Positions 24,286-35,959 of a stretch of DNA of 49,185 bases are shown here, one piece after another. The first letter of the stretch is position 1. The number at the start of each line of letters is the position of its first letter. This DNA is from Spongospora subterranea f. sp. subterranea. Taxonomy: Eukaryota. Made by a program: the position numbers and the translations under genes. The stretch lies in the NCBI GenBank assembly GCA_049724395.1, contig JAUGWO010000146.1, positions 1 to 49,185 of the forward strand. The letters run 5' to 3'. Under the pieces are notes generated by a model. That model was not told where the DNA came from and ran no database searches. It saw only the letters and a program-made list of their open reading frames with translations.

Positions 24286-24551
24286 TGCATGGCGATTCTC
24301 GCACTGTCTTACACGAATTCACTCCTAACGACGTCGATATGCTCAGCGAGCGTCTTGATGGATTCTCCGGTCGCCAAATGGCCAAATTTGTTATCTCCAT
24401 GCGCGCCGCTGTGTTCGGCCATCTGGCGCCCAAGGCGACGCTATCGGTAGCCGACCAGCTTTTGTCCTGGCGTGAATGGGATCGCCGATCTCGGGCCGCA
24501 TCAGTTCAAGCCAGGGAAAGATCTTTCAACAATATCAATCAGCTGCCGTAA
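21237..24551 (+). CDS. ATAD3: Mitochondrial AAA+ ATPase ATAD3, multi-exon
   Basis: FDPTALERG, a coiled coil, [13 protein letters not shown], Walker [28 protein letters not shown], Walker [23 protein letters not shown] and [10 protein letters not shown]. Confidence 0.93.
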
Positions 24552-24726
24552 ATAGAAATATAATTGTCCCTGATCCACCACACCAAATTTCACACAATAA
24601 ATTCCTGCATAAACTGGTTCATGGATCGTCACGACAGTACCTTGTCCTTGATCTGCCCATATCTGAGAACAGTAATGATGTCATGTATGGGTGCGAATCA
24701 GCTGCGTTCCATTTAGTGTCGTACTC

Positions 24727-27700
24727 ATGGCACCCACGCGGCCACGTGGCGTTCCTATTCAATGCGTGGCGCGCCTCAAGAGCGTTTCGGCGCTCGATAC
24801 GCAATATAGCGACGCTTATGTCACAATCGGCGACGATTCCTTTCAGTTGGCTCACGTGCATTCGCCTTCCCAATCTATTCACAAAATCTTTGCTGACGAC
24901 GTCTCCGCTCTAATCCATGGCGCTGTGGCCGATTCGCGAAACATAGCTTTATTGTCGATAGGTTCAACACAATCAGGGAAAACCGACACACTCATCGATA
25001 TTGTTGGCTTGGTGGCAACTGAATTATTTTTGATACTTCAATCTAAAAAAGACGGCTACGAAGTGTCAGTTCAATGGGTCGAGATATATAACGACGGATT
25101 ACATGATCTCCTATCGTCATCGTCAACAAATCTTACGGTTGAGGTCTCGGAGCATGGAGTTTGCATTCCGCGCTTACGTAGAATTCCGTGTAAGGACGAC
25201 GGCGATTTCCACGTCATAGTGCAAGAAGGGGGGGCTCGTCGAACGTCAACTTTGTCAGAGCACGGACCGTTTTCAGAACGCGCGTCCAGCATTATGACAA
25301 TAGAGATTGTTGCAAAAACAAAAGGTTTTGTGATTCCGTTGAGAATGGTGTTTGCAGAACTCCCAGGAACAGAAAGGCTGGCTGTAGATATGGCAGTGCT
25401 AAGAGCATCCGAAGGGCTGCAAATCAATCGCGAGCTGATCGCGTTTGCGAATGTTTGCCGGGCACTGTCAGACGAATCGAGAGCAGATTTCGCGAATTTC
25501 GCGGAATCGAAAACGACTTCATTATTAAGCGATTGCCTGGAAGGAAACACCAAAACACTAGTTTTGGTTAATGTGGATCTGGAAGAGAAGGCAGCAGCTT
25601 TGGCAACACTGAGACTAGCGCAGATCATGAGCGCAATAACCACATTTCCTGTAGCGAATGACGAATTGAGTGCTGGTCTGCTGAGAGCATTGCGAGTCAA
25701 AAATATGGCACTTATTGAGGAGGTTCGAGGACTAAGGAAAGGTGTAACAACCGATGGAGAAAAATATCAGGACACGCAAGTCATGAAGGCTGCGATGCTC
25801 GAACTGCAAGGAAGAGTTATTGCGTCTGAGAAAGCAAAAGCCGTTATCATGGCTGAAAAACAAAAATCTAGTGCCGCTGTCATCGATCTGAGAGTAAAAT
25901 ATAGAGAGTTACTAGCGGCTAAGACGGCACTACAAGCCGAGATGCTAAACAGCGAAGAACAACGTCTTCAGTTGTCGAAAACGTTGATTGATATGCAGAT
26001 GTCCGAGACCGACTTAAAAGAAAACTTAGCAAACGAAAAGTATGAGTTGGAAACGCGCTTATTGACTAGTGAGGGCGATATAGCAGATCTACAGGCAAAA
26101 GAGAAGCGCCTGACGCAGGAAGCTCAGGAAATGAGAAAAAAAAATGAAGAACAGCAGAAAGAGCGTAATGCTATGGCGTTGGAATACGTGGCACTACGGC
26201 ATAATTACGATAATATCATGGGCGACTTAGGGACTGCTCGTAATAGAAATGAAACCCTGGGAATTGAATTGTTAAACCTAGTTAATGCCAAGAAGGAACT
26301 AGAAGAGCGCAGCAGTGCACAAGATGAACAGGTCGCGGTCCTTAATGCGTCATTGAAGGACGCCAATACTGCCAAGACGGCACTGCAAGAGTCTCTCAAC
26401 AGCCTACAAGCGTCCGAACGCGAACTGAGGTTACAGAACGAAAACATGTCGGTGATGGCAATCAAAAAAGATGTCGAGATAAGGCAATTGCAAACAGAAT
26501 TCGAATCGAAAAAGGTTTTAATGGAACGAGCGCAAATAGACTTCATTAAAGAGAAGGAAGCAGAATCAGCACTCATACGCACTTCCGCTGATAAAGAGAC
26601 ACATCGCTTGACTACAATCAAGTCAGAAATGGAAAAGACCATGGAACGTTTACAAAGCGATCTGAAAGTGGTTCGGCGGAATCTGGCGACGGCAGAAGCG
26701 GAGTTGACGGGGCTTTCAGACAAAAACGTACAGATGGATGCCGAGATTGTCACGTTACGAGAGAGTACAGCGCAGCAAGCAGAAGCGTATCGCCGCCGAA
26801 TACTGCAATTGGTAAGCGACGTCGGCGAAGGCGACGATAGTAGGAAACTAGTGCAAGAACTGATCGAGGATCACGCGCGGGTTCAAACGCAGCAGAATGC
26901 GGAGATCGCGGATGGCAGAAGTCGCGAACGGACAATTAACCGTAAAATGAGAAAACTGGCAACAGCTTATAGAGAGCTGGCACATGCCTTCGAAGACGGT
27001 GACAAAACAGTGAAACCCTTGAGCGAAAGTCAAGTTGGAGACATTTCTCTCGAAGTAGCACAGAATGAAGTATCTTGGCAGTCGGAAATAGATGGGGTTC
27101 GCATACGGCTACAGACGGCGCAAACGCAGATGGAGTCGTGTAAAGAGGAGATGGTGAAACAGGCCGAAGAGCAAAAAAAGGTGGTAGGACGATTGCGGCG
27201 AGAGTTGGAGGAAATTGGGAGAGATAAGCAAGAAATCGCCGCGGAACTGACCGCTGTCAAAATGGTGCACAGCGCCTGCGGCGACGTGCTTGCTGCTAAA
27301 AGCGTCTCAACGGACATGGGTCCTGCAACGACAGATGCTTTGAAATCGATTAAAAACGAAATCGAATTGTTAAGGAAGGCATACGCAACAGATCCACGTC
27401 CTGAACTACATGCTGGGACAAGCGACGATTCGCGCCGAGAAATTGAACGACTTCGCGAGAAATTGAAGACGGCCGGAAAATCCAAACGCAGATCCGGCGA
27501 AAAAATGTCTTCATCCGAAGGTGAGGCGCTTCGCGCCGAGATCCGCGACTTGCAGGAACAGATTCGGGTGGCTAAAGAGGGCAGAGGATCGCGTACTAAA
27601 GGCGGTCACGGGTACTCGAACCGCTGCGCAGGCCGAACAGGAGCGGGCGGCGTTGTCTATGCAGTGCGCTCGTGCCGAGGCGCAGGTCCGCCAGCTCCAG

Positions 27701-27811
27701 GCCTACATCCAGAAGCAGGTGGCGGCGTTCGACAAAGAACGGCAACATCTAAAGCAGCAGATTACGGAAATGAAAGCAGCTGCAGAGGCCGCGTCGCGAT
27801 CTGTTCGATGA
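24727..27811 (+). CDS. Divergent kinesin motor fused to a long CCDC78/DUF4472-like coiled coil, intronless
   Basis: GSTQSGKT, VSVQWVEIYND, ELPGTE, INREL, ESKTTSLLSDCLEGNTKT and LNSEEQRLQLSKTLIDMQM. The probable true C-terminus (ERAALSMQCARAEAQVRQLQAYI) is in the +1 frame after ~27570. Confidence 0.82.
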
Positions 27812-28348
27812 GGGTAACGCGAACTCAGTCGACGGGCGGTGTAACATGGGCCCGTCCATTTAGGGACTGTGCCAGGTCACTCAGGCTGTACAGGCAAGCA
27901 GTCGGGCAACGTTGAAACCTGGGGCATCGCTTACGCCATAAACCGGCCGTCAATGTGATAAATTCACGGAAACTGGCCCGAACCGCTGGACTTGAGATCG
28001 TACATAGTTCATGAATTTTCATAATGGCGTTGTCAAAGCAGATTTCAAACATGGCATTATACATATCAGGTACTCGTAGGCGCTATACCGGGAAGGAACT
28101 TCTGTTGAAAGTACTTGCAATCGGGGAATTCCCTCAGATGAATGCGTTCTGGCAATTTCCAAGGCGATCACCCCGAGCTGGTCGAGCTTCTTTGAAGTAG
28201 ATAATATGTCGTGAATGTTTTTATCGATAGATACTCTGTTGGCCGATGGATGCCCCTAAATGCACCTTCCTTGACTGATCGAAGTCTGGCAACATGTCAA
28301 GGTATCCGACACACAATAGCGAGTGATTGTCTCAGAATTGTTGATAGT

Positions 28349-29342
28349 TTAACTTCTGTTTGGAACTTGATTTTGCAGAAACGACAACGTTTCAGACGGG
28401 TCATGAACAGTGGTCGGAGCTGCTTCGACAGTTGGCGGTGGGGGAAAAAACGAGTACAACCAGTAAATGAACCAGTGAAATTCGTGGCGGTTGTCGGTAT
28501 GAAGGACGATCTGACGTAAACTCCTTTCTGGTCCTTTCTCGTCGATCCACGAACGTAGTGTCTTGAACGCAACTGCATTGACATCTTTCATGGAGTCGCC
28601 GGACATGGTTCCGAGCGTGCTGGCGAACGCAATCCTGCCATATCCGTTGGCATCGGCCATATCCAACGCGGACCTGTACGCTGATTCTAGCGTAGATGCA
28701 TCCCAGCGGAAGGGCAACGGTAAATGTATCAACGACGCCGCATGGAACGGCCGACCTGCTTTGGTCGCCACCGACTCCCCAAGCGCTGGCTTGGGAAGTG
28801 CCTCCAAGCGTTCACGGTAGGTTCGCCCGCCGAAATTCATGATCTTGAATGATTCGCAGCGAAGACGTCTGGCAAAATTCACATCGGAACCGAACGCGAC
28901 AGCCGGGCTAGATAATCTGACGATTTCACCTGTACAGTAAGAAGCGGTTGAATCAGCTGGATATTTTACTAAACAACGGCTCATTATTTTTGGTCAAACC
29001 AAAACACCACAGAAAAGCAACATATTGTCAAAAAACAGTCGAGTCGAAATTGAATATATCCTCTCGGGAAAAAGGTAATTCAGATTGATGAAACGATCAC
29101 GTGGAGCGCAGAGCTGTTAATTTGAACCTGTCCAGAGGCAGACGGAACTGTTGGCGTCGTGGGAGAAGGGGACCAAAGGGGGCGGGGGCGTCGTGGGAAT
29201 GTGGCGTGGGTATCCTCGTCCCAACCGCAGCATTGTCGCCCATGTCGGGATCGAATCGATCGGGGTCTGCGGGTGCCGCCCCATGTCGTCGGCCGGAACG
29301 ATCAGGGATGGGTCTACGGTATCGGGCAGGATCAATCGCCAT
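28349..29342 (-). CDS. Divergent macrodomain (Appr-1-p / GDAP2-like) protein; gene ends uncertain
   Basis: GEIVRLSSPAVAF, GESVATKAGRPFHAASLIHLPLP, LESAYRSALDMADANGYGRIAF and AFKTLRSWI follow macrodomain order. The upstream exon at about 29342-29060 is tentative. Confidence 0.7.
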
Positions 29343-29699
29343 GGTCGCCTGGCACCACACCGTGTCGACACATCCGCTCAGTGTTCATTCAGCGCCATGG
29401 CTTGGGGACGGCTGGCCCGACCTGGATGTTCTCGCTACTCGCGATTTCAGGATCTCGTTATCGATCGCTCCTTCCCGTAATCTTCCAGGGCCATTGTGTT
29501 CTTTCTCTGGCCCCTGCCGAGGAGGATAACAGAGAATTATCTGATTACCGATCTACAACAAAATAAAATAACTGGAGCACATGAGAGGACGAGCATCTCT
29601 CGCTCGATCCGTTGATAAAGCATCTTTTATTGAGATCAGCTGTTTTTTCCAACCCTTCACCGCTGCCGATTCGGGTGATGGTAAGCGGTTCCCGCCAAT

Positions 29700-30130
29700 C
29701 TTGTACTAACGCCAGGCACGACCATCGCCCGTCTTCTTTTTTCTTTTCTCACCACGTTCGTGGTGTCAGATCATGGGCAGGATTCTCCTCAGCTCACGAC
29801 GGTGGATTAACCGTTGAGCCGTCAGTTTTATCGTGTTCCCATGGGGAAGTCCAACCCCTGGCGTGACTTTGGGCCTGATGGAATTCAGGCGGATCCGGAT
29901 TCGACAATCGTGTTGCCACGAGACGATTCGCCGCTTTGTCACTAATGAAGGCGATTGAAGTTTCAAAGAATCGAGGGTTGATCCAACGTAGTTTCAGAAC
30001 CCGAACGCCACAAGGACGTTCTTTGAGGAAGTACTCCTGACCTACAAAATACGATCGTGATGACGGCGCCCTTCTGCCATTGATCAAACGATATAAGGCC
30101 CTTTTGTGGACCGATGCGTCAAAACAATAT
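29700..30130 (+). pseudogene. Old, highly decayed relic of the secreted-protein family
   Basis: Hydrophobic TIARLLFSFLTTFVVS start. IVMTAPFCH*SNDIRPFCG aligns with IMASLFYYQTSNSLPRFWG and is followed by the gatca(c/a)gaccagt flank. Confidence 0.4.
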
Positions 30131-30164
30131 TGAAAAGCGGGGTAAAACGAGTTGATGATCATTG

Positions 30165-30555
30165 ATCACGACCAGTTGAGAGATGATTGTAGGTGAGGAA
30201 TAAAGACTATAGTAGTGGTCTTAAGCGATCACAAATCCCACAGCTATATCCTCAATTGATCTACAGCTGTGGTCATGTCGATTCCGACCTCATTATCGGT
30301 CCACAAAACACTTTTGTCGCGTCTGTGTTGCCTCTCACGAATAACCTGACTACTGTCCCTTGGTTTGTCGTCATGTTGATATTGTCAACAGGTCTCACGA
30401 TAATTACCTCCCTGAGGATTATGAAGTTTATCGTATTTTCCGGCTCTTGACCTACTCCAAGATGATAATCGTCCTCGACAGCGTTATAACCAACAAGGGC
30501 GCACAGGCCTCAACAATGAACAGGGGCAACGGCGAACAGTCCAAGATCGGATAAG
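30165..30555 (+). repeat. Type-1 upstream module of cassette B; distant homolog of the downstream block
   Basis: Paralog of 18440-18720. ggcaacggcgaacagtccaagatcggat matches ggcaatggcgaacagtccatgatcggat in the downstream blocks. Confidence 0.85.
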
Positions 30556-30656
30556 GCGGGTGACTGTGAGGTCAAACCGCTTTCATAACAATACTGTGTG
30601 AGTAGGCAGAAATTTAGTTCGTACGAACTCAAATCCATACAGTTATTTTGTATCAA

Positions 30657-31214
30657 ATGTCGCACATCGGTGGATCTATTTTTCTTCTCATTATTGCCCA
30701 CTGCCTACTCTGTTATTCTTTATGAAGATTTCATTGCGCAAAACACTATTGATATCGCTGATGATATTCCAACCGCATTGCCCATCAACGACAAGGATGT
30801 GATTTGGATGAACAGTTGCTTCGCTCTATTTTTGGAACAGTGTTGGTCTCTTAGAACCAACTTCGAAAAACCGATGCAAAGCAGTTGATTTGGAAGAAGG
30901 TCTCGGTGAAGATCATTCTAAGGTTGGGATTAGTGATATTGATATTCTGTCTCGGTGATGATTTTTATCAGCAAGGGAATGTTGTGTGCGATGAAGTTGT
31001 CAAAATCGCCAATGGGGTCAAAGGTAATGGCCGTCTTAAGTCTCGGGCCGCGCAGGCTCACATCAAAGAATTCATGTTGAAGGTCAGCGAAATAACAAAT
31101 TAAAAAAAAAGGATCTCCCACATTATGGCGTCGCTCTTCTACTATCGAACACAAGGCAGTCTGCCCGAATTCTGGGGCACCTGCGAGGGAGAGTCGTCGG
31201 GATTAAACCAATGA
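30657..31214 (+). pseudogene. Secreted-protein family copy B (frameshifts and a stop)
   Basis: MSHIGGSIFLL...LLPTAYS, CDEVVKIANGVKGNGRLKS...IKEFMLKV and ISHIMASLFYYRTQGSLPEFWG lie in shifting frames. Confidence 0.8.
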
Positions 31215-32335
31215 GTATTTCTGGATCAAGACAGTCACCTGAAGTGTCGCTTTTCACCGATTCCCATATTGAATACATCATGTTTTTGTGATCCTATTCC
31301 TCAGTAGTTGAACTCAAAAAACGATTCCAAATCCCAACAGCAATATCCAGATCGACAGAGTTTCATCATCGTTCCACTTCAATCGATCATTGAGTCTATC
31401 TCCTAACTGGCAATATCTAAAAACCTAACGTCGCTTTGTGTTAGTGTGTCACCTGTTATGATATTTCCAACAGATTTCAATGACCATAAACTATATGGGA
31501 TTGTGCTGTTAATGGTCTTCTCCCGCTATTGACCAACATGAACGTGATAACCGTTCTCAACAGTGTTAGAACTACCAACCTCTCACTGGCAATCAAGTTT
31601 TAAAGTGGCAATGGCGAACAGTCCATGATCGGATCTGGTATATTATAAGGGACCTGAAATATTTATTGTTTATATTCCTCGTCACAATTGTCTGATATAA
31701 CTTGATTACTAGAGATAATGTGACAAATCAGGATATTTAAAACAACGAAATAATGAAACAAAACGTGATATCCGATGAATTGGTTTAAGGTGATGATATT
31801 CCCGTTGTGCAATAGTGAAGCGCTGGAAGGAATTGTCAGTAGAGATTCGTTCGACGTTTTCTATAGTTCCTGGTCAATGTGGAGAAATACTCACATTGCC
31901 ATCGTATCTGGGTCCCAGACAAATGTCTTCGATTGCACATCGGCATCATTGCTCACCTTTGGTATCTAAAGTTATCGAGATTTCCGAGCGAGCAAGGATG
32001 GCGATATCAAATTTGTTTTCTTGGTTCAGCTGCTCAAACATTGATCCACAGTTTTGTCGAGATGGGTCTTTAATGTGTGAGTTGAAAAGGAAACGTCGTT
32101 CCTCACCATTTTGGCTAGGCCACACTTGGGTCAAATCATCAAAGCCAAAGGACGTTATTCACGATGGTGTTCGTTTCATGACGAAACCAAACAAAGAGTG
32201 GTTTTACAATTATGTTCTTGGTCTAAAAGACGATATTAAAACATTGGTGAACGTGTTCCTTGATCTTCAGCATACCATTCGATTGTCGTATCTTCAGATC
32301 TATATTGGTCAACCGATTTGGCATCGTATAGCCTC
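31215..32335 (+). repeat. Conserved downstream block of cassette B (longest version)
   Basis: Aligns with the other downstream blocks and retains ~140 bp (31798-31940) that A and D lack. Confidence 0.93.
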
Positions 32336-32336
32336 A

Positions 32337-32698
32337 CCGATGTGCAAACGAAGTATTGTGTCTGGGACTTAGATACGATGGCAATGTGAGTATTTCTCCA
32401 CATTGACCAGGGACTATCAAAAACGTCGAACGAATCTCTACTGACAATTCCTTCCATCGCACTGAATGATCGATTGAAGTGGAGCGATGAAAAGAAAAAC
32501 TCGGCCAATCTGGATATTTATGGTCATTGCTTCATCTTCTGACTGTTTTCTCCGCTCTTCTGTTGGGATTTGGAATCGTTTTTTGAGTTCAACTACTGAG
32601 GAATTGGATCACAAAAACTTGATGTATTCAATATGGGATGAAAATCCGGGTTCGGTCAAAGCTCCACTTCTGGTGACTGGTCTTGATCCAGGGAATAC
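32337..32698 (-). repeat. Internally deleted downstream block of cassette C
   Basis: 32337-32460 is the reverse complement of about 31818-31945; 32461-32698 matches the start of the downstream block. Confidence 0.9.
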
Positions 32699-33144
32699 TC
32701 ATTGATTTGATCCCGACGACTGCCCCCCTGTGCGGCCCCAGAATATGGGTAGACTGTCTTTTGTTTGATAGAAGAAGAGCCACGCCATATTGAGGGCGAT
32801 CACCTTTTGTTTTGCGAACTTTTGGTTGTGGACATGATACATGAAATCCGTGATCAGCTTCTTGGCGGTCTCTGAAGACAAAACGTTGATTTCATCGTCC
32901 ATCTCGGCAATTTGTCCGAACACTTTCCAATCCCTGTGTCATAAAAATCTCCAAAAGTCTTTTCCACCGAATCTGATGACATCGGTTTTATGTTGCAGAA
33001 CTTAATGTCATGACAAATTCTCCCAAATTCGGAAAAGCGTTGGTTCAACCACGGCTGAATAGTGGGCGGCGGCTCACTGAAATCAACAGAGCCAGCAATG
33101 CACAATAATGAGAAAAGAAGAACAGATCCACCGATGAACGACAT
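32699..33144 (-). pseudogene. Secreted-protein family copy C (single frameshift near 32915; may be intact in vivo)
   Basis: MSFIGGSVLLFSLLCIAGS...FGDFYDTGIGKC, then QIAEMDDEINVLSSETAKKLITDFM...MAWLFFYQTKDSLPIFWG. Confidence 0.8.
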
Positions 33145-33500
33145 TTGATACTGATTGCTATTGATATTGATATCGTTATGAACGTGTTTTGACCGGACGA
33201 CACCGCATTGGACAAATCCGGGACTGTATCAAGTGGGACGACCATTGTGAGATATAGGAACAGTCAAACACCAGTCTGACCATGTTCTATATATAGATCC
33301 ACTCCAACAGCGGATGAGTAAAATAACAATCAACAGAGTGCCGAAACCCTCGGCCGAAACCCTCAACATTGCACTCCCCGAGTTGGCGTTTTCGAAGAGA
33401 ATAATACCATGTCCCGCTGAATCAAATGATTGACCCAACTGTTGTCCCCTGAAAACTGATAAACGAACCTCGGTATATCTAGTTCACCTCGGTTGATTGG
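33145..33500 (-). repeat. Type-2 upstream module (shared with 34204-34487 and 39905-40262)
   Basis: Reverse complement of ttcagcgggacatg...gaaaacgccaactcgggga...tatatatagaacatggtcagactgg...aatcagtatcaa. Confidence 0.92.
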
Positions 33501-33595
33501 AAATACAAGATGTAATAATGGACGGTCTCCGATGCCCTTTCTCAACATTGAATCCTGTCATCAGGTTGCCAACATGGGCGATGGTTAGTTAGACG

Positions 33596-33690
33596 CGTTT
33601 GTGTTCAAAGACCGCCAAGATCCGAGACAAATGAAAGATTTCGGAGATGTTGGGGTCCCCCTCATAATGGCGCCGCTCTTCTACCATCTT
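33596..33690 (+). pseudogene. Short 3' fragment of the secreted-protein family
   Basis: ggggtccccctcataatggcgccgctcttctaccatc matches gaggtctccctcatgatggcgtcgctcttctacgatc in copy D. Confidence 0.55.
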
Positions 33691-34203
33691 TGGCATCGAA
33701 TTGCGTCACTTGTCTCATCAACTCAATCCTTTCGAACATCGTGTTCTTGATGGATTTTGCCCTCATTTACACATAATTGACAGACAATCGTGTGATCGCA
33801 TCAGAAGGTTTCTCAACTTGTGAAAACTGCAAATACTGTCGTCATCGAACCAAAGGTAATAGCGAGTTATTCCGTGTTATGGCGTTGGATAAATTACTTC
33901 TGGGGGAATGAGCTTTCGCAACTGAACTGCAACAGGACGCAATGGACCTTTGTTTTTGAATTGGTGATGAGATCATAAGTCGTCGTAGTGGTGAATCCCT
34001 AACAGACTTGACGTCTTTGCTGATGAATAATTTTCGCGTCTTTCTTTCTGCAGTTAATGCGTGTTGTTCCGGGACAATTTCGAAGGTAGATAATGTCGCC
34101 CGTTCCGCGTTCCCGTTAATATTTCTCGTCCTGTGGCGGTGATGATGCATTGGTACCCAGAATAATTTCAGGTCGTTTTCAGCGAACGATTCACATTATT
34201 TTA

Positions 34204-34487
34204 TTCAGCGGACATGATTTTATTCTCTTCGAAAACGCCAACTCGGGGATAGCAATGTTGAGGGTTTCGGCACTCTGTTTATTGTTATTTTACTGATCTG
34301 TTGTTGGAGTGAACCTATATATAGAACATGGTCAGACTGGTGTTTGACTATTCTTCACCTCTTAAGTCTTATCACAACACCATTTCCCACTTGATACAGT
34401 CCCAGATTTGTCCAATGCGGTGTCCGACAACGGGTCCGGTCAAAACAACTTCATAACGATATCAATATCAATAACAATCAGTATCAA
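34204..34487 (+). promoter_or_regulatory. Type-2 upstream module, putative promoter with TATA-like tatatataga (34316-34325)
   Basis: Conserved directly upstream of the ATG in copies C, D and E; the TATA-like element is ~170 bp from the start codon. Confidence 0.5.
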
Positions 34488-34958
34488 ATGTCGCTCATGG
34501 GGGGATCTCTTCTTCTTCTCTCATTATTGTCCATTGTTGGCTCTGTTTATCCCAGTGGTGTCCAATCTTCTTGGGCGCAGCTCGTGGCATCGGATGAGGT
34601 TTGGATGGACATGGGCTTTATGGAATTTTTGCGCCACTGTCATCAGATTAAGATCACAAAAGAATCACATTCGTTTAATTACTCTCTCGGTGATAATCTT
34701 TATAAACTAGGAATTGATATGTGCCATGAAGTTGCCAAAGGGGTCGATGGTAATGGCCTTTTTGGGTCTGAGGACGCCAAGGATCTGATCAAACTGTTCA
34801 TGTTGACGGTCAGCGGCGAAATAGGATTAAATAACGAAGAGGTCTCCCTCATGATGGCGTCGCTCTTCTACGATCAAACAAAAAACAGTCTGCCCATATT
34901 CTGGGGCAGCAGCAAGGGAGAGTCGTCAGACGGGATCGAACCAATGAGTATTGGTTGA
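34488..34958 (+). CDS. Small putative secreted protein, cassette family copy D (156 aa, intact, intronless)
   Basis: MSLMGGSLLLLSLLSIVGS signal-like start, FMEFLRHCHQI, LGIDMCHEV and MMASLFYDQTKNSLPIFWG. Confidence 0.78.
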   Translation: MSLMGGSLLLLSLLSIVGSVYPSGVQSSWAQLVASDEVWMDMGFMEFLRHCHQIKITKESHSFNYSLGDNLYKLGIDMCHEVAKGVDGNGLFGSEDAKDLIKLFMLTVSGEIGLNNEEVSLMMASLFYDQTKNSLPIFWGSSKGESSDGIEPMSIG

Positions 34959-34959
34959 A

Positions 34960-35950
34960 CAAGACCTGTCACCAGAAGTGGCGCTTTATGACCAATACCC
35001 AGTTTTCATCCCATATTGAATACATCGAGTTTTTATGATCCTATTCCTCTAAATTCAAAAAACGATTCCTAATCCCAACAGTAATATCCAGATCGACAGA
35101 GTTTCATCATCGTTCCACTTCAATCGATCATTCAGTCTATCTCCTAACTGGCAATATCTAAGAACCTAACGCCGCTTTGTGTTAGTGTGTCACCTGTTAT
35201 GATATTCCCAACAGATCTCAATGACCATAAACTATCTGGGATTGTGCTGTTAATGGTCTTCTCCCGCTATTGACCGAACATGAACGTGATAACCGTTCTC
35301 AACAGTGTTAGAACTACCAACCTCTCACTGGCAATCAAGTTTGAAGCGGCAATGGCGAACAGTCCATGATCGGATCTGGTATATTATAAGGGACCTGAAA
35401 TATTTATTGTTTATATTCCTCGTCACGATTGTCTGATATAACTTGATTACTAGAGATAATGTGACAAATCAGGATATTTGAAACAACGAAATAATGAGAC
35501 ACAACGTGATATCCGATCAATGGGTTTAAGGTGATGATCGGCATCATTGCTCAACTTTGGTATCTCATTGTCATCAGATTTCCGACCCAACAACGGATGG
35601 CGATATCAAATTTGTTTTCTTGGTTCAGCTGCTCAAACATTGAACAGATTTGTCGAAATGGGTCTTCAATGTGTGAGTTTACCAGGAAACGTCGTGGGTC
35701 TTCACCATTTGACTAAGCGATACCTGGGTCAAATCATCGAAAAACCAAAGGACGTTATTCACGATGGCGTTCGTTTCATGACGAAACCAAACAAAGGGTG
35801 GTTTTACAATTATGTTAATGTCCTCGTAGTCTGAAAGACGATATTATTAATATTGTTGAACGTGTTCCTTGATCTTCAGCAGACCATTCGATTGTCGAAC
35901 CTTCAGTGCTAGATTGGTCAACCGATTTGGCATCGTATAGCGTCACCTGT
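34960..35950 (+). repeat. Conserved downstream block of cassette D
   Basis: Near-identical to 19334-20325, including the ~140-bp deletion and the junction to the gypsy relic. Confidence 0.95.
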
Positions 35951-35959
35951 CTCATCAAG

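Noticed and set aside
27572..27915. C-terminus of the 1074-aa ORF (GRGSRTKGGHG...)
   Set aside because: Composition changes abruptly and the +1 frame continues the coiled coil, so this tail is probably a frameshift product.
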